Source: Candidatus Nanopelagicales bacterium
Lineage (GTDB): Bacteria > Actinomycetota > Actinomycetes > S36-B12
Assembly (NCBI GenBank): GCA_028687755.1
Contig: JAQTZL010000001.1
Location: 201,404-265,403, forward strand
Length of the DNA stretch: 64,000 nucleotides
Reading direction: 5' to 3'
The notes beneath the pieces are model-generated. The model saw only the letters and a program-made list of their open reading frames with translations. It had not been told where the DNA came from and made no database searches. Shown here one piece after another: positions 21,270 to 30,839 of the stretch; positions within the stretch are counted from its first letter, which is position 1; every line of letters starts with the position of its first letter. The translations under genes were made by a program, and so were the position numbers.

Positions 21270-21299
21270 GAAGGCCCGCTGCTTTTGCAGCGGGCCTTC
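21270..21299 (+). terminator. rho-independent-type hairpin
   Basis: gaaggcccgctgc / tttt / gcagcgggccttc forms a perfect 13-bp stem 27 nt after the stop at 21243. Confidence 0.65.
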
Positions 21300-21402
21300 A
21301 TAAGTTACGGGTCACTGATTGCTTGACTGCAGCGTTCTACAAGCGTCTCGATGACATAGGCGCGCTAGTCGCGCTTTTCATGGAGTCATCTAGGGTCCTT
21401 TC

Positions 21403-21822
21403 ATGGCTGACATCACGATGCTTACCGTTGCAAATCGAGCAGAAATTCAAAATGGCAACCTTTACGGCTTAGGTATTGGCTGGAATTGGACCTTCTGCCC
21501 TGTTGCGCCCATGTCACTCGTGGTGCGCACCCATGTGAGCCCAACCCGCATGAGCTTGGGCGACCTCACCTGGAATTTTGTGTTGTCCGATGCTGACGGG
21601 CAACCAGTGGATGTCCCACTCGCGATGAATTTCGAATATCACGCAGGTGCCACCTTGCCCAATGGTTCATATCCAGGAGTTGAAGTCCCGCTCTGGGCCA
21701 TTTTTCATTTTGCACCAATCGACCTCACCCCGGGTCGCTACCAATGGCGAGTGACATTTGATGATGCGGCCGCTACGTATCCATTCACCGTAGTAGACCC
21801 GCAACAAACCAATGCGAACTAA
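21403..21822 (+). CDS. hypothetical protein
   Basis: 139-aa ORF with coding-like composition. I recognised no family. Confidence 0.4.
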   Translation: MADITMLTVANRAEIQNGNLYGLGIGWNWTFCPVAPMSLVVRTHVSPTRMSLGDLTWNFVLSDADGQPVDVPLAMNFEYHAGATLPNGSYPGVEVPLWAIFHFAPIDLTPGRYQWRVTFDDAAATYPFTVVDPQQTNAN

Positions 21823-21861
21823 AGCGGTGCGCAACTCTCAACGACAACGATCCAACGAGAA

Positions 21862-22827
21862 TTAACCTGTCGGCTTTTCAAACACTGATGTACGTACGAG
21901 CCCAGCGGCCCGACCTTTTGCGGAAATCACCAACGCCATCTTGCGTGATGCTTCATCAATCATTTCCGAACCAAGCATCACCGCGCCACGTGCGCCGCCA
22001 TCAACTGACGTGTAATAGTCATACGCGTCCAAAATCAATTCAGCATGATCGTAATCCGCTTGTCTTGGCGCAAAGACCTCATTCGCAGCTGCAATCTGAT
22101 CGGGATGTAGCACCCATTTTCCATCAAAACCTAAAGCTGCTGAGCGACCCGCTACTCGTCTAAAGCCATCAAGATCTTTAATAGCAAGATAAGGACCGTC
22201 AATTGCAAGTCGGTCGTAAGCCCTTGCAGCGATTAAAATGCTCATCAAAATAAAGTGATACGCATCCCCCACGTCGTAACCCTGTGGCTGTTCACCTACG
22301 ACCAAGGTGCGCATATTGATGGAAGCCATGAAATCCGCAGGGCCAAAAATCACCGTTTCCAACCGAGACGATGCGGCGGAAATTGCATTGACATGCGTCA
22401 ACCCAAGGGCAGTTTCAATTTGAGCCTCGATCCCGATTCGGCCAATAGGTAATCCCATTGACTGTTCAAGTGTGGTTATCAGCGCATCGAGTTCAACGAT
22501 CTGCTCTGCTGTTTGCACCTTCGGCAACATGATGCAGTCGAGTGTGGATCCAGCGCCTTCGATCACTGTGGTGACATCGTCAATTGCCCAGGGCGTTGCC
22601 CAATCATTGACTCGAACCGAAAGGATCTTTGATCCATAACCGCCTTCATTGAGTGCGGCGATGATGTTTTTGCGTGCATCGGCCTTTGCAGCGGGTGCGA
22701 CCGCATCCTCAAGATCCATGAAGAGTGAATCAGCGTCAAGTCCTTTAGCCTTATCCAGCATCTTGGTACTAGATCCAGGCACAGCCAGAGTTGAACGTCG
22801 ACTTCGACCTTTACCTGCGGATTCCAT
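21862..22827 (-). CDS. HpcH/HpaI aldolase / citrate lyase beta (CitE)-like lyase
   Basis: RRSTLAVPGSS ... DLEDAVAP ... the overall pattern is typical of the CitE / malyl-CoA lyase family. Confidence 0.75.
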   Translation of the reverse strand: MESAGKGRSRRSTLAVPGSSTKMLDKAKGLDADSLFMDLEDAVAPAAKADARKNIIAALNEGGYGSKILSVRVNDWATPWAIDDVTTVIEGAGSTLDCIMLPKVQTAEQIVELDALITTLEQSMGLPIGRIGIEAQIETALGLTHVNAISAASSRLETVIFGPADFMASINMRTLVVGEQPQGYDVGDAYHFILMSILIAARAYDRLAIDGPYLAIKDLDGFRRVAGRSAALGFDGKWVLHPDQIAAANEVFAPRQADYDHAELILDAYDYYTSVDGGARGAVMLGSEMIDEASRKMALVISAKGRAAGLVRTSVFEKPTG

Positions 22828-22920
22828 TTGAACCGAACCTTTCAAGACATGGTTGCGTGCGTGCGCGTAACCCTACGACAGGACGAGGCAACATCTGGGA
22901 AAGCGGCGTACAGTGAACTC

Positions 22921-23616
22921 ATGGCCATCAGGCTGTTCTTAAGTTCTCAGGGGTTGGGCGACAACCCTGAGTTACTTGGACCCAATTCGCCCAGTGAAAA
23001 TCATGCACTCGTCGTGCTGAATGCGTTGGATCCGTATCCCAATGCTCGGCAGTATGCATTACCAAATGAGATGGCCGACCTCGCGTCTTTGGGATATCAA
23101 TCCCTAGAGCTTGATCTACGCAATCACTTTCAGCGAAGTACCGATAACCGTCAACATAATCGTGCCAAGACCACCGCCCTGACAGATATTTTGATCCAAG
23201 CTCATCTCATCTGGGTTGTTGGCGGGAACACCTTCACCTTGGCACGAGCTATGACCCAAAGTCACTTCAAAGAAGCGCTCGCCAGTGCGAGCAGAACAGC
23301 TCAACACACCATCACGTACGGCGGATACTCAGCCGGAGCCGCAGTAGTTGGACCAGACCTCCAAGGCATCGATCTGATGGATGACCCGCAGGTAGTTCCT
23401 GAGTTCTATGACCCAGTCGTCGAAGCGGTCTCTCTTGCGCTCATTGAGATCCGAATCATCCCGCATGTTGGCTCACCGAGCGACGACGGCAATAACGCCG
23501 TGAAAGCTATCGATTCCCTACGACGTGCGCAGCTTGATTACCGCACATTAAGCGATGGTGAGGTGTGGATCACTAACGCCGAGATGCATACATCGCCTCA
23601 TCAGCAACCTGAATGA
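22921..23616 (+). CDS. peptidase S51 / type 1 glutamine amidotransferase-like protein
   Basis: GGNTFTL and GYSAGA motifs are present. The start is set at MAIRLFLSSQG. Confidence 0.6.
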   Translation: MAIRLFLSSQGLGDNPELLGPNSPSENHALVVLNALDPYPNARQYALPNEMADLASLGYQSLELDLRNHFQRSTDNRQHNRAKTTALTDILIQAHLIWVVGGNTFTLARAMTQSHFKEALASASRTAQHTITYGGYSAGAAVVGPDLQGIDLMDDPQVVPEFYDPVVEAVSLALIEIRIIPHVGSPSDDGNNAVKAIDSLRRAQLDYRTLSDGEVWITNAEMHTSPHQQPE

Positions 23617-24577
23617 GCCTTGTGACATCGTCGTCAGGACTAAACGATGTACCTACGGAGATTTCGCCACCCCAGGCATGACCAATGCCATCAAGATTCA
23701 TCATGGTGTTGACTCGTTCGGAAAACTCAAGCGGCTGCGGGACGGGGCCAATACCGACAACAAGAAATTCATCTCCGCCCCATCGAGCAACAACATCGGA
23801 ATCGCGTGAAGCCTGCGCAACCGCATGGGCCACTCGCTCAATCACGAGGTCACCAGTGGTGTGACCATGATTGTCATTCACTTGCTTCAGTCCAACGATG
23901 TCAACAAACACCACAAACATTGGCTGTCCGGTGCGCACGGCTATTGCGCGTAACTGCAATGCTGACTCTTCTAATCCATGACGATTCAACAGGCCTGTTG
24001 CTTGGTCTCGTGTAGCCATGTCTTCAATCGTGATCGAAGCAATTGCTAGATCGAGTGCTGAACGACGGCGGGCAAACAGCAAGGCGGCGGAAGCCCCTAC
24101 GCCTGTAAGTACCGTAACGATCCAGCCAGATGAATAGTCAGGGTTATAAGTAATCAAGGTGTATGTCACGACTGCAACCATGATGGCGGCTGAAATCAGG
24201 AAAGGCTTCCAAACCGCCAGCAATCCTCCAAACAACACCATCGTCATCACCATCACACCGACAGCCGTGCCCGTGTTATCCACGGAATACTGATATGAAA
24301 GTGCAATCGAGTTGACCACGATTGCCGCAGCGAACACCCAGGGTGCATATTTCGCTGAAACAACACCCGACTTCAAAGCAATGGCGCACAGCACAAAGAA
24401 GGCACCTTGAATGAAATCAGAGACGTAATATCCAAAGGGTGCGATTAATCCAACTAGCGCGAAACCAATATCAAAAAAGACAATGAGGCCGGCAAGAATG
24501 AGCATCACCCAAGGCGTTTCGCGCGCCACCTGATCGGTAATGATCTGGTCGCGTTTTTGAGCAATTCGAGTCTCCAC
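23573..24577 (-). CDS. membrane-anchored diguanylate cyclase (GGDEF)
   Basis: About six N-terminal TM segments followed by a GGDEF domain (DQATGLLNR ... RWGGDEFLV). Confidence 0.8.
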   Translation of the reverse strand: METRIAQKRDQIITDQVARETPWVMLILAGLIVFFDIGFALVGLIAPFGYYVSDFIQGAFFVLCAIALKSGVVSAKYAPWVFAAAIVVNSIALSYQYSVDNTGTAVGVMVMTMVLFGGLLAVWKPFLISAAIMVAVVTYTLITYNPDYSSGWIVTVLTGVGASAALLFARRRSALDLAIASITIEDMATRDQATGLLNRHGLEESALQLRAIAVRTGQPMFVVFVDIVGLKQVNDNHGHTTGDLVIERVAHAVAQASRDSDVVARWGGDEFLVVGIGPVPQPLEFSERVNTMMNLDGIGHAWGGEISVGTSFSPDDDVTRLIQVADEAMYASRR

Positions 24578-24728
24578 AACGCTCCCCTGTTTCGTGGATC
24601 AACAAATAACGAAGCAGTAAGCATCGCCTGTGTCGGCTTTGACGCAAGAGCACAAGCGTGGGTTCCCCTGTCAATGTCCGGTCTAGCAAGTAGAACCTGT
24701 CCCATCTTCACGGGCTATCGGGACTGCG

Positions 24729-25325
24729 TTACTCCCCGTAAATAAAATATTCAATATCGCGGATAGCCACGGCCAATGGCGCCGTGAGTGTTGGACTCAC
24801 GCCAACCTTGATCCCAATACGCAGGCATTCCTTGTAATAGTGAATGATTTCAGCAGGAGTGCCGTGAAACTTATTGAGTTCACCAAGCCCATAAATCTGA
24901 AGATCGGTCACGAGGGCACGTGAGTTATGTACCTTGTCAGCAATGGACACCATGACAAGTTCAGCCGGCTCTGTTTCCAATCGATCGAGGTAATTCTGCT
25001 TGCGCTCCCAGTAGCCCATCCATTGATCGTCATCATCAACGTTGTCTGAACAACCCAACACAATCGCAGCAACCCGTGGCCCAAAGAGGCGCTTGATATC
25101 CGCAAGACGGGCACTGCCACCTGCATCTTCGACCGCATCATGCAGAAGACCCGCGATTGCTTGATCTTCATCACCGCCAGCTTCAATAATCAGCGAGGAG
25201 ACTCCGAGCAAGTGCGACATGTATGCGATGTTGCCGCCTTTGCGACTTTGCCATGAGTGCGCATGCGAGGTGTAGGCAACGGCATTGAAATACCGATCGC
25301 TGAGCACCAAGTGCGGGCGAGCCAT
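24729..25325 (-). CDS. HD domain hydrolase, SpoT/Mesh1-like (possible small alarmone hydrolase)
   Basis: H...HD...ED pattern (MSHLLGV ... AGLLHDAVEDAG ... FGPRVAAIVLGCSD), as in RelA/SpoT hydrolase domains. Confidence 0.6.
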   Translation of the reverse strand: MARPHLVLSDRYFNAVAYTSHAHSWQSRKGGNIAYMSHLLGVSSLIIEAGGDEDQAIAGLLHDAVEDAGGSARLADIKRLFGPRVAAIVLGCSDNVDDDDQWMGYWERKQNYLDRLETEPAELVMVSIADKVHNSRALVTDLQIYGLGELNKFHGTPAEIIHYYKECLRIGIKVGVSPTLTAPLAVAIRDIEYFIYGE

Positions 25326-25403
25326 GACAGACCTTTCACAACCAAAGAAGCTGAATGAGATCTCGATTCTATGGCTCCCGAGCGGCGGGTAGGGCGAGTT
25401 CCG

Positions 25404-26117
25404 CTAAGAGCGCGTTGGTTGTCGAGCCAACCACTCCTGAAATTCTCGATCCTGCTGTTCGCGCCACAGATCCACTGTTGCTGAGAGTTCAGTGATAGAA
25501 AACTCACTGAGCTCGGGGTACGCAGCCAACTCGGCTAGGAAGATTTGCCCCGCAACTCGAGCATCGGCTTCAGCGCCATGCCAATCCTGTTCGGATAGCT
25601 CGATGCCATAGCGATCAGCTGTGGGCTTGAGTCGGCGTTGCGCCTTGCCTTTGACATATTTATTGCATTGCTTATCGATCACATACGAACACAACACCTG
25701 ATCTGTGGGCAACAGATCCAATTCCAGGCGAGCCAAATTTGCATTAAAAAGCGGAATGTCGAATCCGGAGTTAAAACACACGATCGGCATCCCTGAATCG
25801 GCGAGAAAATCACGAATTTCGACTAGCGCTTCGGTTTGCCCCTGACCATCGCGCTGACTCATTTCATTGGTGATGCCATGAACGGCAGTTGTCACTTCCG
25901 GAATATCAACATCAACTTTGATAAGCCAAGAACGCGTATAAAGCGGGGTTGATCCCTCAAACACCACAGCCGCTGCCGTAACGATCCGGGCAGAATCAAC
26001 TTCGACACCAGTGGTTTCGGTGTCAAAGGCAATGAACCCTTCGTGAATCCAGTGCTCAGCGAGGTCGGTGGACATAAGAGCATCGAACCATGCAGAACTG
26101 ACATTCTCCGGCATCAC
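25404..26117 (-). CDS. DnaQ-like DEDDh 3'-5' exonuclease
   Basis: ExoI FDTETTG, ExoII pattern, and ExoIII H-x4-D (WHGAEADARV). Its start (GTGATG) overlaps the stop of the upstream GGDEF ORF. Confidence 0.75.
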   Translation of the reverse strand: MMPENVSSAWFDALMSTDLAEHWIHEGFIAFDTETTGVEVDSARIVTAAAVVFEGSTPLYTRSWLIKVDVDIPEVTTAVHGITNEMSQRDGQGQTEALVEIRDFLADSGMPIVCFNSGFDIPLFNANLARLELDLLPTDQVLCSYVIDKQCNKYVKGKAQRRLKPTADRYGIELSEQDWHGAEADARVAGQIFLAELAAYPELSEFSITELSATVDLWREQQDREFQEWLARQPTRS

Positions 26118-26584
26118 CCCACAGGGATGACCACTACTTGAGCGCGGCCCGCATTCTTGGCCTGAAACATCGCCTTATCTGCTCGCTCGATCATGGAGTC
26201 AATAGCTTCATCTTTGCCACTTAGTGTCACCCCGATACTGATGGAAATCGGAATTTCCACCCCATGAGTTACCATCGGCACACTTACTGCGCTGCGAATT
26301 TTCTCAGCAATCTGCCCTGCTTCGTAGAGGTGATGAACGCCATCAAGGACAACTAAAAACTCGTCGCCACCCATTCGTGCCACGGTGTCAGCGGTACGTA
26401 CCTCTTGCGTTATTCGCCTGGCAACCTCGACTAGTACGTCGTCACCACCACTGTGTCCAAATTTCTCATTGGTAGATTTGAATGCGTCAATATCGCAAAA
26501 CAACACTCCTGTTTCTTCTCCAGTTCGACGGACATGGTGGGTGGCAAGAGCCAGACGAACCATCGCTTCATCGCGCTGAAACAC
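26114..26584 (-). CDS. short stand-alone GGDEF domain protein (probably a truncated PAS-GGDEF)
   Basis: VLFCDIDAFKSTNEKFGHSGGD ... RMGGDEFLV is present with no sensor domain in frame. The YDDLTG linker and a PAS-like tail lie just upstream in other frames. Confidence 0.7.
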   Translation of the reverse strand: MFQRDEAMVRLALATHHVRRTGEETGVLFCDIDAFKSTNEKFGHSGGDDVLVEVARRITQEVRTADTVARMGGDEFLVVLDGVHHLYEAGQIAEKIRSAVSVPMVTHGVEIPISISIGVTLSGKDEAIDSMIERADKAMFQAKNAGRAQVVVIPVG

Positions 26585-26733
26585 ACCGGTTAAATCGTCG
26601 TATTTGGCTCTCCGATTCTTCTAACAGCATTTGGATCTTGGTTACTTCATCCACGTTACGCAGCCCGACAACTGCATACGTAAATTCACCTCGCAAAGTA
26701 CTGCGGCCGCTTTCTTGTGGAGTTTCGCGCGGG

Positions 26734-27165
26734 CTACGCCAACGTATTGTCGAGCGTGTAGCTACCTGTTTCGGTAGCAGCTGGGCCACCCTTAGGGAAC
26801 GCAACGTCAACCTTGGAGAACACGTTCAGGTTCGGAGCTGAAGCAACGCCGCCCATCGTGATCGTGACTGGGTATTTCACCGTCACGCCAGCAACACAAG
26901 TCTTAGGTAGGCAGGTATTCCAAGAAAGAACGCCTGTGCCCTTGGCAGTGTTGAGATCCCAAGAACTCCACTTGATTTTGTTGATCGATACGTTGGCATC
27001 AGCGCACGTAATCACGATCGATGCAGGCTTCGTGACCTTCTTGCCTGCGCAGTTAATGATGTAGTTCGTGGTGTCTGCAGCATTTGCGGTGGCAACCATG
27101 CCCAGGCCACTGCCCGCGACCATGCCAGCAACAGCGACTACACCAAAAGCCTTGCGAAAATTCAT
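26734..27165 (-). CDS. secreted hypothetical protein
   Basis: The start is set at MNFRKAFGVVAVAGMVAGSG...ANA (signal peptide). The mature part is Cys-containing. Confidence 0.5.
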   Translation of the reverse strand: MNFRKAFGVVAVAGMVAGSGLGMVATANAADTTNYIINCAGKKVTKPASIVITCADANVSINKIKWSSWDLNTAKGTGVLSWNTCLPKTCVAGVTVKYPVTITMGGVASAPNLNVFSKVDVAFPKGGPAATETGSYTLDNTLA

Positions 27166-27280
27166 AACTTCTCCAGATACATTGAAATGAGCCAACGGCT
27201 CACGGCGAACAGATTGCCACAGCCTGCGAAAAGTTCCCGTAAAGCCACGGCGAACAGCGAGATTCATCTAATCTGCCCTC

Positions 27281-28024
27281 ATGGCTAATCCTGAACTCAT
27301 TGCATTCGTCGAAGAGACGTACCCGCTCATTAACAAGGTCGGCGGTGCCTACTACTTCACGCCAGAAACCCTGGCCTACGGCAAGAGCATTGGCCTCAAT
27401 GGTTTGCAGTTCTACTTCGGCGGGCGCGGTGGGGTTCTCGGTGATGTTGAAGAGCCTGTGATCACCAGCGCCTTCGCCTACTTCGCGCCATCAATGGTGA
27501 AGAAGTTTTGGGATGGCGCCAAAGCAGTGATGCCTCCTCGTCAAATCGCCAGAGAGCACTTCATCTGCGCTCATGAGTTCGGCCGCAACCTCATCGGCGC
27601 AGTCGAAGGCCTCGTGGAATTCAATGCCATCGCAACAAAGGTTCGCAGCACCATTGATCCTGCAGGTTTGGCACTTTACGCAGGTCTGGCAGGCGAACCT
27701 ATGCCAGCTGATCCTCAAGCAGCCGCCTACCAACACATCATGGTGCTGCGTGAATTCCGCGGTAGTGCTCATATCGTGGCAATTTTGGGTAGCGGGTTAG
27801 ACATCCATGTCGCCGATGCCATCTCAAGCCCTGAGAACATCAAAGTGCATGGCTATCCAGAAGACGCATTACCCATTCCAAATGATGAAGAACGCGCCAT
27901 CATGGAGGAAGCCAATGCGCTCACCAACGAGTTAACGGCGAAGGCTTACGCAACCCTGACTCCGCTAGAGCGCGAACATTTCGTTGCGACCCTAACCAAC
28001 ATTGCGAATCGATTGCCGCAATAG
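27281..28024 (+). CDS. conserved actinobacterial hypothetical protein (SCO6745-like, name from memory)
   Basis: 247-aa ORF with the pattern YYFTPE...GLNGLQFYFGGRGGVLG. Confidence 0.4.
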   Translation: MANPELIAFVEETYPLINKVGGAYYFTPETLAYGKSIGLNGLQFYFGGRGGVLGDVEEPVITSAFAYFAPSMVKKFWDGAKAVMPPRQIAREHFICAHEFGRNLIGAVEGLVEFNAIATKVRSTIDPAGLALYAGLAGEPMPADPQAAAYQHIMVLREFRGSAHIVAILGSGLDIHVADAISSPENIKVHGYPEDALPIPNDEERAIMEEANALTNELTAKAYATLTPLEREHFVATLTNIANRLPQ

Positions 28025-28054
28025 CAAGTCGCACGACTGCAGCAACTTGCACGA

Positions 28055-28468
28055 CTACATCAATACGACATCACAGTGACGCGACGCTGCGCGAGCCAAC
28101 GGCGCATCTCGAGTCACGAGCGTGCCGTCAATTGCTTCAGTGAGGGCTACGTAGCACGCGTCATAGGCTGAAAAATTATCGCGCAACGCAAGAACCCGAC
28201 TAAGCAGAAAACCTGGCTCGTATCGAGTCATAGGTGTTGTGAGGTGCGCGCTCACCATTGCCATCGCTTCGGTTTCCGAAATGCGATTCAGCAATAAATA
28301 TTTTCGGATTACAGCAACAACTTCAACATCGATATGTACCGGTGCGTGCACATCACACTCGCCCCCAGCAATAACCTCTTCGAGAAATCTTTGACGCGTT
28401 GATGCAAAGAGAACGAGATCAGCGGCGATCGACGAGTCGAGAATAAAGTTGTTGCTCACGATTTTCAC
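28055..28468 (-). CDS. vapC: PIN-domain toxin VapC
   Basis: ILDSS acidic motif near the N-terminus and a C-terminal LVTRD. The start is trimmed to GTG near 28468, because the long ORF extension overlaps vapB. Confidence 0.7.
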   Translation of the reverse strand: MKIVSNNFILDSSIAADLVLFASTRQRFLEEVIAGGECDVHAPVHIDVEVVAVIRKYLLLNRISETEAMAMVSAHLTTPMTRYEPGFLLSRVLALRDNFSAYDACYVALTEAIDGTLVTRDAPLARAASRHCDVVLM

Positions 28469-28691
28469 GCTCCTCTCGAATGACTGCCACGACATCGAGA
28501 GGCTCACCTTCGATATGTATGCCAAGAGCATCCAGACGCGCAAAGTAGTCACGCATGGTGCCCCTCTTGGTGAGCGCTGTGAGTTCACGTCCCACATATT
28601 CAGACAGGCTCATTCCTGCGTCCTTTGCTCGACGAGTCAAGGTCTCGTGCACTTCATCAGGGAGGTTGCGCACTTGCAGCAATTTGGCCAT
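28419..28691 (-). CDS. vapB: ribbon-helix-helix (Arc/FitA-like) antitoxin VapB
   Basis: MAKLLQVRNLPDEVHETLTRRAKDAGMSLSEY is a typical RHH antitoxin N-terminus. It sits directly upstream of, and overlaps, the PIN gene. Confidence 0.7.
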   Translation of the reverse strand: MAKLLQVRNLPDEVHETLTRRAKDAGMSLSEYVGRELTALTKRGTMRDYFARLDALGIHIEGEPLDVVAVIREERENREQQLYSRLVDRR

Positions 28692-28804
28692 ACATCATGA
28701 TTGCATGCACAATGCATGCATTCAACTGTGGACACGGACCCACGTGGCCTACATCTGTGGACAACAACCAAAAACTGCAGCCCAATAACCCCAGAAACAC
28801 ACAA

Positions 28805-28824
28805 GGCCCGGCAAAAGCCGGGCC
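28805..28824 (-). terminator. rho-independent terminator after the enoyl-CoA hydratase gene
   Basis: ggcccggc / aaaa / gccgggcc forms a hairpin. On the minus strand it is followed by the T-rich ttgtgtgttt. Confidence 0.65.
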
Positions 28825-28845
28825 CAGCGCGTGATCAATGTTCGG

Positions 28846-29619
28846 TTAGCGTGACTTCCACTGTGGAGCGCGCTTCTCAGCAAAAGCGGTCGCACCCTCG
28901 CGAGCATCTTCTGATGCAAAGACGGGGCCAACCACGCTCTGCTGCCAGGCCATGAACTCAGCATCGGTGTAGCGTGCTGAAGCTGCCAGAACTTCTTTGG
29001 TTGCACGCACAGCCAGCGGGCCGTTCGCGGCAATCTTCTCAGCGATTTCCAAAGCTGCATCAAGGGCGTTGCCTGTTTCGGTGAGCACAGTAACCATGCC
29101 CATCTCCTTGGCCTGCTCTGCGGAAATGATGTCGCCGGTCAATGCGAGCAATGCCGCATTTTGGTAGCTCATCACCTTTGGCATGCGGTACAGACCGCCA
29201 CCAGCTGCAACCAAACCACGCTTGACCTCGGGAATGCCGAACTTGGAGTCGCGACCAGCCACGATGATGTCGCAAGCAAGAGCTGTCTCACAGCCACCAG
29301 CGAGCGCGTAACCCTCGACTGCCGCAATGACAGGCTTGGCAGGTGGCTGCTGTGAAAGGTATGGGTGCTCACTCTTGGGAGCGGTTGATCCACCGGAAAC
29401 AAATTCCTTGAGGTCCATGCCTGAGCAGAATGTGCCACCAGCGCCAGTGACGACTGCAACTACGAGGGAATCATCGGTCTCAAGGCGATGCATCGCCTCA
29501 GAAATGCCGTACATGACCGCACCATTGAGGGCGTTCTTCTGGGCCGGACGATTCAGGGTCACGATCAAGACCCCGCCACGGACTTCGGTTAACAATTCGT
29601 CGCTCACGCGAACCTCCAC
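28846..29619 (-). CDS. enoyl-CoA hydratase/isomerase (crotonase) family
   Basis: 257 aa with LNRPAQKNAL, GAGGTFCSGMDL and AAVEGYALAGGCE motifs. Confidence 0.85.
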   Translation of the reverse strand: MEVRVSDELLTEVRGGVLIVTLNRPAQKNALNGAVMYGISEAMHRLETDDSLVVAVVTGAGGTFCSGMDLKEFVSGGSTAPKSEHPYLSQQPPAKPVIAAVEGYALAGGCETALACDIIVAGRDSKFGIPEVKRGLVAAGGGLYRMPKVMSYQNAALLALTGDIISAEQAKEMGMVTVLTETGNALDAALEIAEKIAANGPLAVRATKEVLAASARYTDAEFMAWQQSVVGPVFASEDAREGATAFAEKRAPQWKSR

Positions 29620-29715
29620 ATTGAAAGATTAAGTACACGCAGGTTACCGCCCCGAGCCAAACCATAGGCACCTTTTGGGTCGCCTGTGACCGATCTCCCT
29701 CTATCTTGTCTATCG

Positions 29716-30762
29716 CTAGGCCTCAGCATCGCTCCGGCGACGAAGCCACATAAACATAAACGCCGCGGCAATGAGGCATCCCAGGGCTGTTGCCGTGGTT
29801 CGGTAATGAATGGTTTCGCGCAGTGGATCCCCATTGAGACTGAACACCCCAACCACCAGCATGGTGACACCAACCACTGAAATTGAATAGTTGGATCGCA
29901 CGAACACCAAACAGGTGAACACCCCTAGGGCCATGAACAGCGCAAGGCCATACGAGTGCAGCTGCAAACCTTCGATAATCGCTAGGCACACGAGTAGCCC
30001 CGCAAGGGTTCCAATGAATCGGTGCACAACTCGGTAATCGGTTCCGTCGCGATCTGGTTTGCTCACCCATGCCACAGTCATCGGAATCCAATACAGGTGT
30101 GGCCAGGCCAAGTAATCTGACACAGCCGTAGCAACAATCATGGCCAGTGCAAGGCGCAGGGCATGTTGAAAGAACGCGTTTTTTATATCAAAGCCCTGAC
30201 GCAACCGATCCAGAAACGGTGCTGAGGCATGGGCGGCAGATCGAAGCGAGGATCGAGAAAACAGCATCACTGGGATCACAAAAACCAGCACTTGCACCGT
30301 TCCGCCTAGCGCTACCAACCCGGTGTTCTCCCAATTGGTGAGAATCGTGATGGGTGAGCCCGCAAAAATGGCATACATCACCAGCGCGAGCATGCCGTTC
30401 AATGCTCCGCGCTGGCCTACCACTCCCGCTAAACCGCACAGGAACCCAACGACCATCACCACAATGAGTTCTTCATAGCCCAGCCGGGAACTAAACCCGC
30501 CAAGTAAAGTACCGATCGTTAGCCAAAGTGCGGTCCACGACATTGAACGCCAATGAATGCCGATGGGTTCTGCAACATCAGCCAGACCCGTGAAGAATGC
30601 CCCAACAACAAGGGGGATCGCCATTTGGGGTTGCCCGATAGCGATCGTGATGGAACACAACACCCCAGCAACAATTGCCGCGCGCAACGGACGTTTCCAA
30701 TGCACCACTGATCGATCGATCGTCGTTGTACTCGCTACTAAACTTCCCACTCTCGATGACAC
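29716..30762 (-). CDS. FUSC-like integral membrane protein
   Basis: 348-aa polytopic membrane protein. The family assignment is tentative. Confidence 0.45.
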   Translation of the reverse strand: MSSRVGSLVASTTTIDRSVVHWKRPLRAAIVAGVLCSITIAIGQPQMAIPLVVGAFFTGLADVAEPIGIHWRSMSWTALWLTIGTLLGGFSSRLGYEELIVVMVVGFLCGLAGVVGQRGALNGMLALVMYAIFAGSPITILTNWENTGLVALGGTVQVLVFVIPVMLFSRSSLRSAAHASAPFLDRLRQGFDIKNAFFQHALRLALAMIVATAVSDYLAWPHLYWIPMTVAWVSKPDRDGTDYRVVHRFIGTLAGLLVCLAIIEGLQLHSYGLALFMALGVFTCLVFVRSNYSISVVGVTMLVVGVFSLNGDPLRETIHYRTTATALGCLIAAAFMFMWLRRRSDAEA

Positions 30763-30839
30763 AGGGCAATGCTGTCAGATAGCCCGCGAAAACTTGTAAA
30801 AACACCGCACACCTCGCACCGCAACTGCCAAGATGTCGT

